Origin: an uncultured Myxococcales bacterium
GTDB lineage: Bacteria; Myxococcota; B64-G9
DNA: 64,000 nt
NCBI GenBank assembly: GCA_964633205.1
Contig: CAZWFN010000016.1
Span: 50-64,049 of the forward strand
Direction: 5' to 3'
A model generated the notes under the pieces. That model saw only the letters and a list, made by a program, of their open reading frames with translations. It had not been told where the DNA came from and made no database searches. Below, one piece after another: positions 55,488 through 64,000 of this stretch (position 1 is the stretch's first letter; each line of letters starts with the position of its first letter). The position numbers and the translations under genes are program-made.

Positions 55488-55541
55488 CGGCCGGTTTAGA
55501 GCCGGCTGCTGCTCGGATCCGCGACGGGAAGTGGGGCGCGC

Positions 55542-56483
55542 ATGGAAAGAGGACGATCGACGGCGGTGGCGGTGCTGCTCAACCTGCCGGCCCCCGGCCT
55601 GGGCCAACTCTACTGCGGCTGGCCCTGGACCGCGGTGCTTTTTTTCGCCTTGTCCTTCGCCCACTGGATCGTCTTCCTGCTGGCCTGGGTGGCGGCCCAC
55701 AGCAGCCTGGCGCCGGCCCTGACCGGCTGGATGGTCACCGCGGGTCTGGTCTGGATCGGCTCCATGGTCCACGCCGGCTGGGCCGCCCGGCGGGCCGGCG
55801 CCCGGTACGAGCTCAAGGCCTATAATCTCAAGAGCTTGTACGCCCTGGTGATCCTGCTGGCCTGGGCCGGACACTTCGGCCTGTTCAAGCTGGTGGGCGC
55901 CGAATGGTTGACCTCGCTGCCGCTGCGCTCCGACGGCATGACCCCGACCCTGCTGGCCGGCGACTGGCTGCGGGTCGATCGCCGCGCCGATTCGTTGGCC
56001 GCCATCGATCGCGGCGACGTGGTGGTGGCGCTCGACCCCTATGACGAGCAGACCTGGCGCGTGCTGCGGGTGGTGGGCCTGGCCGGCGAGACGGTGGAGC
56101 TGGGCCCGACCGGGGTGGTGATCGACGGCCGGCCGGCCGCGGCCGGCGCGCCCGGCGCGCTGGCCAGCTACGAGCACCGCGACCGCTCGAACCACTGGGT
56201 CGAGCAGGCCTATGTGCCGCTGACCGAGACGCTCGGCGGCCAGCGGGTGACCACCGCCCAGCACCCCGACCCGGCCCGGCGCCGCAGCGGCCGCTGGCAG
56301 GTGGCGGCGGGTGAGCTGCTGCTGCTGGGCGACAACCGCATCCGGGCGCTGGATGCGACCGCCTTCGGCCCGATCGACCGGGCGGCGCTGGTCGGCCGCG
56401 TCTTCCGGGTGTGGTTCTCGCGCGATCCGCAGACCGGCCGCCCGCGGCCCCAGCGCAATGGCCTGCCGATCCCGGCTAGATGA
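55542..56483 (+). CDS. Peptidase S26 (signal peptidase I-like) with an extended multi-TM N-terminus and divergent catalytic boxes
   Basis: SDGMTPTLLAGDWLRVD (box B, Ser nucleophile), RVVGLAGETVE (box D, but Leu where Lys is expected), GDNRIRALDATAFGPI (box E). Confidence 0.6.
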   Translation: MERGRSTAVAVLLNLPAPGLGQLYCGWPWTAVLFFALSFAHWIVFLLAWVAAHSSLAPALTGWMVTAGLVWIGSMVHAGWAARRAGARYELKAYNLKSLYALVILLAWAGHFGLFKLVGAEWLTSLPLRSDGMTPTLLAGDWLRVDRRADSLAAIDRGDVVVALDPYDEQTWRVLRVVGLAGETVELGPTGVVIDGRPAAAGAPGALASYEHRDRSNHWVEQAYVPLTETLGGQRVTTAQHPDPARRRSGRWQVAAGELLLLGDNRIRALDATAFGPIDRAALVGRVFRVWFSRDPQTGRPRPQRNGLPIPAR

Positions 56484-57168
56484 ACCGGCCCATCTTCTCC
56501 GAGGCCACGTAGACCAGGTAGCCGAGCGCACCCAGCGCCACCAGCAGCAACACCCACCACACCACCCGGCTGCGCTGCTTCTTGTCCTCTTCGTCGACCG
56601 CCGAGGAGGGTGCGATGGCGGCCAGGCGGGCCTGGGCCAGCGCCGCGATGCGCCCCTGCAGCTGGGCGGCGGCGGCGGCCCCGCCGGGCTGGCGGGCCAG
56701 GATGCGCGCCTGGCGGCTGGCGAAGTCGAGCCGATCGTGCTCGGCGCACAGATCCACGAAGCGCTGCAGCTGCTCCACATCGTCGGGCCGGGCTTCGATG
56801 GCGCTCCACAGCTCGGTCGCCCCGGGCGGGGGCTGGGGCAGGTTGGCCGGATCGAAGCGCAGGAAGTCGAGCCCGCAGCGGTGGCAGGACTGGCCGCCGG
56901 CCTGGGTGTGGCCGCACTTGGGGCACATGATCTCGTCGGCCCCGGCCGCCGCAGCCGCGGCGCTGGCCGCGGGGGCGGCGGCGCCGGAAGCCGGCGCCGG
57001 GCCGGCGCTGGCGGCCGCGCCCGGCAGGTTGTCGGCGTTGGCCACCAGGGTGATCCGGCCGCACTCGGCGCAGGCGAAGCGCAGGCCCTCGCGGTCGGTG
57101 CGGAAGCGCTCCAGGACCACGATCTCGCGGCAGGCGGGACACTGGATTTTGATCGGACGTTCGCTCAT
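56476..57168 (-). CDS. Double zinc-ribbon protein with a C-terminal TM anchor (anti-sigma-factor-like)
   Basis: MSERPIKIQCPACREIVVLERF...CAECG and CPKCGHTQAGGQSCHRCG. C-terminal WWVLLLVALGALGYLVYV. ATG overlaps the M50 protease stop (ATGA). Confidence 0.5.
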   Translation of the reverse strand: MSERPIKIQCPACREIVVLERFRTDREGLRFACAECGRITLVANADNLPGAAASAGPAPASGAAAPAASAAAAAAGADEIMCPKCGHTQAGGQSCHRCGLDFLRFDPANLPQPPPGATELWSAIEARPDDVEQLQRFVDLCAEHDRLDFASRQARILARQPGGAAAAAQLQGRIAALAQARLAAIAPSSAVDEEDKKQRSRVVWWVLLLVALGALGYLVYVASEKMGRFI

Positions 57169-58118
57169 AGCTGCACCTGGCTCATGAACACCGGCGAGAA
57201 GGTGATGACCAACAGGCCCAGGGCCGCCCAGCCGAGCGCCCGGCGGCGGCCGGACAGCGCCCGCTCGGCGCCGGCGACCGGCGGGTGGGCCCCGCCCACG
57301 AAGCGCAGGATGATGGTCCAGGCGATCCAGGGCATCATGCCCGCGCCGCGCAGCACCCAGTCGAGCAGCCCGCGCTGCTCGAGCCAGGCGATGGCCGGAT
57401 TGTACTTCAGGGCCAAGGAGCAGCCAAGCCCCACCAGGGCCAAGGTCAGCACGATGCGCTGCACCCAGCGGGCCACCCGCCGGTGGGCCCGGTCGCCCAG
57501 CAGGCCGTAGAGCACGTGGCCGCCGTCGAGCTGGCCGGCGGGCATCAGGTTGAGGCTGGTGATCAGCAGCCCCAGCCAGCCGGCCAGGGCCACCGGGTGC
57601 AGCATGACCTCGTCGCCCGGACCCAGCTCCGGGTGGGCCAGCTGCTTCAGGCCCAGGTAGAGCAGCGAGTTGCCCTCCAGCATGGTGCCCGGCGGCAGGC
57701 TGTCGAGCCGGGCCACCGCGGACAGCTCCAGGCCCAGCCAGCACACCGGGATGGCCACCAGCACCCCGGCCAGCGGGCCGGCGGCGCCGATGTCGATCAG
57801 CGCCTCGCTGCTGTCCGGCGGCTGGCGCATGCGGATGACCGCGCCCATGGTGCCGATGCCCACCAGGGGCAGCGGGATGAAGTAGGGCAGCGAGGCGTCC
57901 ACCCGGTGCAGCCGGGCGGCGGTGAAGTGGCCCATCTCGTGCACCAGCAGGATGCCCATGATGGCCGCCATGAACATCAGACCGTCGGCGATGGAGAAGA
58001 CCTGGCCGCCCAGATAGGAGCCGGCGTAGAAGGTGGTGGCGCAGGTGGCGAGGAACAACAGCCCGTGCAGCCACCAGCGTTGGCGCAGCGGCCCGGCTGC
58101 TGCATCAGGTTCCGGCAT
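57165..58118 (-). CDS. M50-family site-2 (intramembrane) zinc metalloprotease
   Basis: LLVHEMGHFTAARL (HExxH within a TM helix), LNLMPAGQLDGGHVLYGL (second zinc-ligand motif). Confidence 0.75.
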   Translation of the reverse strand: MPEPDAAAGPLRQRWWLHGLLFLATCATTFYAGSYLGGQVFSIADGLMFMAAIMGILLVHEMGHFTAARLHRVDASLPYFIPLPLVGIGTMGAVIRMRQPPDSSEALIDIGAAGPLAGVLVAIPVCWLGLELSAVARLDSLPPGTMLEGNSLLYLGLKQLAHPELGPGDEVMLHPVALAGWLGLLITSLNLMPAGQLDGGHVLYGLLGDRAHRRVARWVQRIVLTLALVGLGCSLALKYNPAIAWLEQRGLLDWVLRGAGMMPWIAWTIILRFVGGAHPPVAGAERALSGRRRALGWAALGLLVITFSPVFMSQVQL

Positions 58119-60189
58119 CGGCGGTTTCCGGCTCGGCCTCGATCTCCTCGATCTCCTCGTCGTCGATGGTCAGCAGGAACAGCTCCTGCTCGACCTCGCC
58201 GTCCGGGGCGAAGCCGGCCAGGCCGGTGGCGCCGGTGAAGGCCTTCAGCTCCAGCAGGGCCTGGCGGAAGGCCGGCCGATCGGGCGGCTTGGCCTGCTCG
58301 ATGATACGGCGTACCAGCGCGGCCGTATCGTGGGCGTAGGCCTCGACCCAGTTGGGCTCGCGATCGAAGGCCGCCTTGAAGGCGGCGACGAAGTGCCGGG
58401 TAGCCGGGCGCTCGCTTTGGCCGAAGAAGCCGTCGCAGAAGATGGCCCCCTGCACGTAACGCTCGGCCCAGTCGATCAGCTGCGGGTGGTTCCAGCCGTT
58501 GCCGCCCAGCAGATAGACCATGTCCAGCTTGTCGCGGCCCAGGCTCTTCTTGATGCGCTCGCGCTTCCAGTGGCTGTCGGTGTGCAGCACGATGTCCTCG
58601 AAGGCCAGGGCCGGGGCGATCATGGCCACCTTCTCGTGGTAGTCCGGCACGAAGATGGCGCCGAAGTCGACCTTGGGCGGGATGCTCTTGACCAGCTTTT
58701 CCAGGGCGCGCTTTCTGGCCAGGGGCTCGTCCTTGTACTTCTTGCGGATCTCGTTGCGCTGGTTGATGAAGTCCCAGCGGGCGTCGAGCCAGTAGCGCCC
58801 GACCATCTTCTTGATGAGGGGGGCGAAGTTATTCTCGTCGGGCTCGTAGCGCTCGGCCGCCCGGATCTCGCCCTTGCGCTTGCGCACCTCGTCCCAGAAG
58901 GCGTTGACGAAACCGACGCCGTACTTGTCGTTGGGATACAGCAGGGCGAAGCGGCGCACGCCCAGCTTCTCCATGGCGTGCTCGACCAGCAGCCTGGTCT
59001 GGGCGGCCAGGGTCAAAAAGGATCGAAACACCCGCGGGCCCACCGCGGTGATGTCGGCTCGCAGGCTCAGGGTGATGATGGGTACCTGCAGCTGCTCGGC
59101 GCGGACCGCGGCCGCGTAGGCCTCGGCCGAGAAGATCGGCCCTATGACCGCCACCACGTGCTCGTCGTAGACCAGCTCCTCGACGTGGCGGGCGGCCTGA
59201 TCCGGATCGCCGCCGCTGTCGCGGATGATCAGCACCGGGCCCGGCGCCTCGGACCCGCCGCTGTCCAGGATGCCGGCGCCGAGCTGTATGCCGGCCAGCG
59301 CCTTCTGGCCGTAAGCCCGGTACTTGCCGGTCAGCGGCAGCAGCACCCCGACCGCGGTGCGGTCGACCCGGCTGCGGTCCAGGATGCGCTTGAGCAGCGA
59401 GCCGGCGGCGGCCGCCCGCGGGTGCTCGGGCCAGGCGGCCACGAAGGACTCCAGCAGCTCCCGGGCGCGATCGAAGTCGTAGATGTGGAAGTAGATCTTG
59501 GCCAGCTTGAGCTGCAGCAGATCGAGCGGGAAGTCCTTCTCGCCGGCGTCCTCGAGCACCTCGAGGGCCTCGCGCACCTGGACGAAGGACAGCTGGTCGT
59601 CGATCAGCTGCACCAACCGGTGGCGCAGCGGCTGGCGCAGCTCGGGATCGGGGCGCAGCCGGTACACCACCGCGTACCAGCGAATGGCCTCGACCGGCTC
59701 GCCGCCGCGCTCGTAGGCGGCTGCCAGCATGGCGGCCACCTCGGCCTGGCGCTTCTGATCGGGCAGCTGATCGAAGACCGACTGCAGGGTGGGCAGGGCC
59801 TCCTCGGTGCGGCCCAGCTCGGCCAGCGACAGGCCGAGCTGCACCGCGGCCATCAGGTAGTGCGGGCTGTCCGGGTGCTCGGCCACCAGCCGCTGGAAGA
59901 CCTGCACCGCCTCCTGGTGGCGCCCGGCGTCGGCCAGCAGCTGGCCCACCTCGGCCAAGGCGCGATCGATCCGCTCGGCGGCGGGGAACTCCTTCAGGAA
60001 CTCATGGTACTTGCGGATGGCGGCGGCGGTCTGGCCGGCCGCGGCCAACTCGCGGGCGGCGGCCAGGTCGTCGCGTTCGGCCTTCTCGACCGGCACCTCG
60101 CGCCCGTCGCGGATCACGGTCGGCGGCGGGCAGCCGGCCAGGCCCAGGCCCAGCCCGACGACCAGACAAACGCTCGCAGCACCTCGCAT
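58105..60189 (-). CDS. Lipoprotein with N-terminal TPR repeats and a C-terminal type-1 periplasmic-binding-protein domain (LpoA-like architecture)
   Basis: Lipobox LGLAGC. TPR-like helical repeats. Then VGVLLPLTGKYRAYGQKALAGIQLG...VVAVIGPIFSAEA, typical of Leu/Ile/Val-binding-protein-type PBPs. Confidence 0.6.
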   Translation of the reverse strand: MRGAASVCLVVGLGLGLAGCPPPTVIRDGREVPVEKAERDDLAAARELAAAGQTAAAIRKYHEFLKEFPAAERIDRALAEVGQLLADAGRHQEAVQVFQRLVAEHPDSPHYLMAAVQLGLSLAELGRTEEALPTLQSVFDQLPDQKRQAEVAAMLAAAYERGGEPVEAIRWYAVVYRLRPDPELRQPLRHRLVQLIDDQLSFVQVREALEVLEDAGEKDFPLDLLQLKLAKIYFHIYDFDRARELLESFVAAWPEHPRAAAAGSLLKRILDRSRVDRTAVGVLLPLTGKYRAYGQKALAGIQLGAGILDSGGSEAPGPVLIIRDSGGDPDQAARHVEELVYDEHVVAVIGPIFSAEAYAAAVRAEQLQVPIITLSLRADITAVGPRVFRSFLTLAAQTRLLVEHAMEKLGVRRFALLYPNDKYGVGFVNAFWDEVRKRKGEIRAAERYEPDENNFAPLIKKMVGRYWLDARWDFINQRNEIRKKYKDEPLARKRALEKLVKSIPPKVDFGAIFVPDYHEKVAMIAPALAFEDIVLHTDSHWKRERIKKSLGRDKLDMVYLLGGNGWNHPQLIDWAERYVQGAIFCDGFFGQSERPATRHFVAAFKAAFDREPNWVEAYAHDTAALVRRIIEQAKPPDRPAFRQALLELKAFTGATGLAGFAPDGEVEQELFLLTIDDEEIEEIEAEPETADAGT

Positions 60190-60387
60190 CGACCACTCCC
60201 CGCCGGCTTCGCCCACCACTTGCTCCGGCCGGCCGAGATTACCAATGCCGGTCGCGGCCGGTCAAGGCACAGCAACGCGGGCCGAGGCAAAGGCAGCCAG
60301 CGGCCGTGGGAGCTGTTATACTCCGGCCCGAGACCCACAACGGCGGGCTCGGCCGGCGCTGGACCGGGCCCGCTGCGGAGCGCTGCG

Positions 60388-62097
60388 GTGGTGCCTGGCC
60401 CAGACGGCGAGACGACATCTCTTCTGAAACGGGAGTGGTTCTGGCTGGCCGTGCTGCTGGCGGTGGGCCTGGCGGTCAGGCTGGTCTTCCTGGCCGCCTG
60501 GGCGTCGACGCCGCTGTTCCACCATCCGGTGGGTGATGCGGCCCACTTCCACCGCACGGCCCTGGCTCTGATCGGGCAAGGGGCCGAGCCGGCGGTCTTT
60601 CTCTACCAGCCGCTGTATACCTTCTTCCTGGCCGCCTGCTACCTGGTGCTGGGCCCGGATCCCAGCCTGGTGCGCAGCCTGCAGCTGGTGATCGGCCTGG
60701 TCAACATCGGGCTGGTCTACGGGCTGGGCCGCGAGATCGGCGGCCGGGCGGTGGCCTGGCCGGCCGCGGCCTTGGCCGCCCTGTACGGGCCCTTGGTGTT
60801 TTTCGAGGGCCAGCTGCTGGCCCCGGCCATCGTGGTGCCGCTGCTGACCGGCTCGCTGTGGTGTCTGGTGCGGGCCGGGCGCCAGCGGCGGGCCTGGCTG
60901 CTGCTGCCGGCCGGGGTCCTGATGGGGCTGGTGTTGATGGGCCGGCCCAATCTGGGCGTTCTGCTGCCGGTGGCGGCGCTGTGGTGGTGGCGGCGCCGGC
61001 GCGGGCCCAAAAGCGCCATCGGCCTGGGTCTGGCCGCGCTCGGGCTGGTGCTGGGGCTGGCGCCGTCCTGGATCAACAACCTGCTGGCCGGCCACGGGCT
61101 GGTGCCGGTGTCCTCCGCGGCCGGCCTCAGCTTCTTCATCGGCAACAACCCGCAGGCCCCGGGGCGTTTTCACATTCCGTTGGCGATGCCGATCGACGAT
61201 ACCGGCCACGGGAGCTACCGCCGTAGCTGGCAGGAGCTGGCCGAGCGGGCCACCGGCCGCCAGCTGAGCCCGCCCCAGGTGTCGTCCTACTGGCTGGGCC
61301 GGGGTTTGGCCTTCTGGTCCGAGCAGCCCGGCCGGGCGCTGGCGCTGACCGTTCGCAAGGCATTGCTGGTGATCAACGGCGAGGAGATGCCCATCCACCA
61401 TCCCTACTGGGTCGGCCAGCGGGTGGCGCCCATCCTGGGCTGGTTGCCGGGCTTCGCGGTGGTCTTGCCCTTCGCCGTGCTGGGGCTGGTGCTGGGGGTG
61501 CGGCGCTGGCCGGGGGTGGCGCTGCTGGGCTGGTGCGCCGGGCTGGGTCTGTTGACCATGGTGGCCTTCTACGTGGCCGACCGCTACCGCATCGGGGTGC
61601 TGCCCATGCTGTGGGTGCTGGCAGCGGTGGGCATGGTGGCGCTGGTCCAGCGCGTCCGGGGGGCCGGGCTCAAGGCCGGCTGCTGGCCGCTGCTGGTGCT
61701 GGGCCTGGCCTTCGCCGCCACCCAGGTGCCGCTGCTCGATGCGGTGCACAAGGCGCGCGGCCTGGCCCAGACCTTCAACCGCATGGGGGCCATCGCCGCC
61801 GAGCAGCGGGACTACCCGGCCGCGCAGCGCTACTTCGCCCGCGCCATGCGCCTCGGCGGCCCGCGCCACGGCGCCCTGGCGGCGGCCAACCTGGGCCTGC
61901 TGATGGAGCGGCTGGGCCGGCCCGAGCGGGCGGAGGCGCTGTACCGGCGGGCGGCCGCCGGCGACCCGGGCTCGCCGCTCGGCCCGCGGCGGCTGGCCCG
62001 GCTGCTGCAGCGGCTGGGCCGCGCCGCCGAGGCCGCCGAATGGCGCCGCCGGGCGCGGGACCTGTCCCCCGAGGGGCACAGGCCCTCTCCTCCCTGA
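60388..62097 (+). CDS. GT-C fold glycosyltransferase (family 39 / ArnT-PMT-like) with C-terminal TPR repeats
   Basis: GTG start with GGAG RBS. About 11 TM helices with FHHPVGDAAHFHRTA loop motif. Soluble TPR-like tail. Only the 3' third of track ORF 58033-62097 is credible. Confidence 0.6.
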   Translation: MVPGPDGETTSLLKREWFWLAVLLAVGLAVRLVFLAAWASTPLFHHPVGDAAHFHRTALALIGQGAEPAVFLYQPLYTFFLAACYLVLGPDPSLVRSLQLVIGLVNIGLVYGLGREIGGRAVAWPAAALAALYGPLVFFEGQLLAPAIVVPLLTGSLWCLVRAGRQRRAWLLLPAGVLMGLVLMGRPNLGVLLPVAALWWWRRRRGPKSAIGLGLAALGLVLGLAPSWINNLLAGHGLVPVSSAAGLSFFIGNNPQAPGRFHIPLAMPIDDTGHGSYRRSWQELAERATGRQLSPPQVSSYWLGRGLAFWSEQPGRALALTVRKALLVINGEEMPIHHPYWVGQRVAPILGWLPGFAVVLPFAVLGLVLGVRRWPGVALLGWCAGLGLLTMVAFYVADRYRIGVLPMLWVLAAVGMVALVQRVRGAGLKAGCWPLLVLGLAFAATQVPLLDAVHKARGLAQTFNRMGAIAAEQRDYPAAQRYFARAMRLGGPRHGALAAANLGLLMERLGRPERAEALYRRAAAGDPGSPLGPRRLARLLQRLGRAAEAAEWRRRARDLSPEGHRPSPP

Positions 62098-62114
62098 CAA
62101 GCGACACGGCCGTG

Positions 62115-62801
62115 ATGCGCCAGCCCAACGCCCAGTACAACGTGGCCCGGCCCGGCAGCCTGCCGGAGCGCATCGCCACCTTCCAGCGCCGGCGCATGTA
62201 CCGCCGTTTTTTGGAGCGCTGCGCGCCGCGGCCGGAAGAGAGCCTGCTGGACGTGGGGGTGACCAGCGATTCGACCTACGCCGCCTCGAACTACCTGGAG
62301 GCCTGGACCCCGAACCCGGAGCGAATCACCGCGGTGGGGCTGGACGACGCCGGTTTTCTGGAGCAGCGCTACCCCGGGCTGCGCTTCGTGCGGGCCGACG
62401 GCCGCGCCTTGCCCTTCGCCGACAGCAGCTTCGACGTGGTCCACTCCAGCGCGGTCATCGAGCACGTCGGTGGTGCCGCCGAGCAGGGCCGGTTTCTGGC
62501 CGAGCTGTACCGGGTGGCGCGCCGGGCCTTGTTTCTGACCACGCCCAACCGCTGGTTTCCGGTGGAGTTCCACACCGTGCTGCCGCTGTTGCACTGGCTG
62601 CCCAAGCCGGCCTTCCGCCGGCTGCTGCTGCTGGCGGGCAAGCCCTTCTTCGCCGACGAGCGCAACCTCAACCTGCTGACCGCCGCCGAGCTGCGCCGGC
62701 TGTGCGACCGCATCGGCGCCCGCGGCTGGCGCGTCGAGCACCAGACCCTGGCCGGCTGGCCGGCCAACCTGCTGCTGTCGATCGACAAGACCGCGGCCTG
62801 A
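62115..62801 (+). CDS. Class I SAM-dependent methyltransferase
   Basis: LLDVGVTSD (motif I-like), FDVVHSSAVIEHV. Confidence 0.7.
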   Translation: MRQPNAQYNVARPGSLPERIATFQRRRMYRRFLERCAPRPEESLLDVGVTSDSTYAASNYLEAWTPNPERITAVGLDDAGFLEQRYPGLRFVRADGRALPFADSSFDVVHSSAVIEHVGGAAEQGRFLAELYRVARRALFLTTPNRWFPVEFHTVLPLLHWLPKPAFRRLLLLAGKPFFADERNLNLLTAAELRRLCDRIGARGWRVEHQTLAGWPANLLLSIDKTAA

Positions 62802-62825
62802 CCAGCGGACACCACCCGCCGCGGC

Positions 62826-63881
62826 TCAGTCCGGCTGCAGCGAGCAGCGGCTGGGCGGCCGGCGCCGGCAGACGGCGGCCGGGTCCAGCGGCCGGCCCTC
62901 GAGGCGGGCCTGCAGCCAGGCGATCTGCTCGGGCAGGCTCCAGGCGGCGGCCTCGGTGTGGCCGGCGCCGGCGCACTCCAGGTAGTCCAGCCGGTAGCCG
63001 GCGGCGCACAGCCGGTCGAAGTCGGCCCGCTCGCTGGCCGCGTCGACCAGGTCGTCGCGCTCGCCGAGCACGAACAGGGTCGGGGTGGCGCTGCGGAGCG
63101 GGAAAGGGGTGGTGGCGATGGAGTTGTGGCGCATGTAGCAGCCCCAGGGCTCCAGCGCGGCGAGATTGCCGCCGGCGGCGGCCGCCAGGATCTCGGGCTG
63201 GTAGACCTGGTCCACGCTCTCGATGCCGGCCAGCACCGCGTCCGGCCGGCAGGAGCCGTCCATGGCCGGCAGCAGGGCGCTGGCCAGCTCGGCCGGGGCT
63301 TCGTCGGTCAACAGCGCGTCCAGCGGGGCCTGGCCCTGGTGCCAGCGGTGCAGCGAGGCCAGCGAGGCGGCCAGCGCGGCGGTGGCCGGGTTGGTGTCGC
63401 TCAGGGCGTACTCGGCCAGGCCCACCAGATCGGTGGCCGGCACCAGCGCCAGCGCGGCCACGATGTCGAACTCGGGCGCGTACAGCGGCGCCAGCCGGTC
63501 GCAGGCGAACACGGCGTGGCCGCCCTGCGAGCCGCCCCACAGCACGGCCGCCGGGCCCGGCCGGGCCAGCTCGGCCAGCTCGTCGCGCAGCAGGGCGTCG
63601 GCGGCGCGCAGCATGTCCAGCGAGCCGATGGCGGTCTGCTCCAGGCCCAGGTAGGCGTGGGCCACCGGCGGCGGGGCCTGCGGGTCGGCGCCGGCGTCCA
63701 GGCCGATGTAGTCGGGGGCCACCGCGATCCAGCCGTGGGCCGCCAGCAGCAGCAGGGCCAGGCCGTCCTCGCCGGGCCGGCGCGAGGGGGCGCAGGCCGA
63801 GGTGAAGCCGGTGGTGCCGTGCAAAAACAGCACCCGCGGGTGGGCCGCGGCCGGCTGGCCGGCGTTCCAGGGCAGCGCCAC
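62826..63881 (-). CDS. Alpha/beta-hydrolase (esterase/lipase-like)
   Basis: VLWGGSQGGHAVF (GxSxG nucleophile elbow). The ORF may extend upstream toward the window edge. Confidence 0.55.
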   Translation of the reverse strand: MALPWNAGQPAAAHPRVLFLHGTTGFTSACAPSRRPGEDGLALLLLAAHGWIAVAPDYIGLDAGADPQAPPPVAHAYLGLEQTAIGSLDMLRAADALLRDELAELARPGPAAVLWGGSQGGHAVFACDRLAPLYAPEFDIVAALALVPATDLVGLAEYALSDTNPATAALAASLASLHRWHQGQAPLDALLTDEAPAELASALLPAMDGSCRPDAVLAGIESVDQVYQPEILAAAAGGNLAALEPWGCYMRHNSIATTPFPLRSATPTLFVLGERDDLVDAASERADFDRLCAAGYRLDYLECAGAGHTEAAAWSLPEQIAWLQARLEGRPLDPAAVCRRRPPSRCSLQPD

Positions 63882-64000
63882 CAGCCCGGTGGCCTCGACC
63901 GTCCGGCCCTTGTCCTGGGTGCTGTAGCGCAGCGAAAACAGCCGGCCGCCGAAGGGCAGCGGGGTGAACTCGGCGTAGCCCTCGGCCGCCAGCAGCGCGT

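Noticed and set aside
58033-60387. 5' two-thirds of the 1354-aa plus-strand ORF 58033-62097
   Set aside because: It is antisense to the M50 protease and the TPR-PBP lipoprotein. Only 60388-62097 (the GT-C glycosyltransferase) is coding-like.

Overview
This 64-kb window has about 70% GC and looks like Myxococcales (delta-proteobacterial) chromosome: it is dense with lipoproteins and one protein carries a MYXO-CTERM sorting tail. Most of the long ORFs in the six-frame track are out-of-frame or antisense shadows of the real genes, so calls were made by reading the translations for recognisable motifs and domains. I saw no rRNA or tRNA genes, no CRISPR array, no IS elements and no prophage signal. 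Window contents, start to end. (1) Divergent pair: a partial response regulator with a degenerate GGDEF domain, and a selenophosphate synthetase selD that is itself a selenoprotein. It has an in-frame UGA at 1204-1206 at the conserved Cys17 position, followed by a candidate SECIS hairpin. (2) A starch/alpha-glucan utilisation locus at 2331-14395: two GH13 amylases, a GH15 glucoamylase-like protein, a small repeat-only lipoprotein, an outer-membrane beta-barrel porin and an unknown lipoprotein. Several of these are fused to long laminin/EGF-like cysteine repeats. (3) A tightly packed minus-strand array at 22841-14396: nifU-nifS, three rubrerythrin/ferritin-like proteins, a ferritin, an atypical Tpx, an MBOAT O-acyltransferase and an FkbH-like HAD phosphatase fused to an acyl carrier protein. 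(4) zupT, plus a ferredoxin:thioredoxin-reductase catalytic domain fused to rubredoxin with an adjacent glutaredoxin-like protein. (5) A sulfur operon: ThiS/MoaD-like GG protein, DUF4177, Rrf2 regulator, cysK, cysE, LarE-like PP-loop ATPase and mnmA, followed by two lipoproteins. (6) YceI, a FadL-like outer-membrane protein, and a 40-bp direct repeat pair flanking a GC hairpin. (7) A 1040-aa unknown lipoprotein, a Ser/Thr kinase with a PEGA ectodomain, and a TLC/MFS transporter fused to HEAT repeats and a cNMP-binding domain. (8) An RpoH-like sigma factor, an MBL hydrolase and an SPFH protein with triple zinc ribbons. (9) trxB, a GH57-like MYXO-CTERM protein, grpE-dnaJ (no dnaK), a divergent S26 peptidase-like protein, an M50 site-2 protease with a zinc-ribbon membrane partner, a TPR+PBP lipoprotein, a GT-C glycosyltransferase, a methyltransferase and an alpha/beta hydrolase. 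The most unusual items are the FkbH-ACP/MBOAT pair (a Dlt-like carrier-dependent O-acylation module), the Sec-containing SelD, and the ThiS-like/LarE/MnmA/CysK/CysE sulfur operon with its palindromic upstream site.
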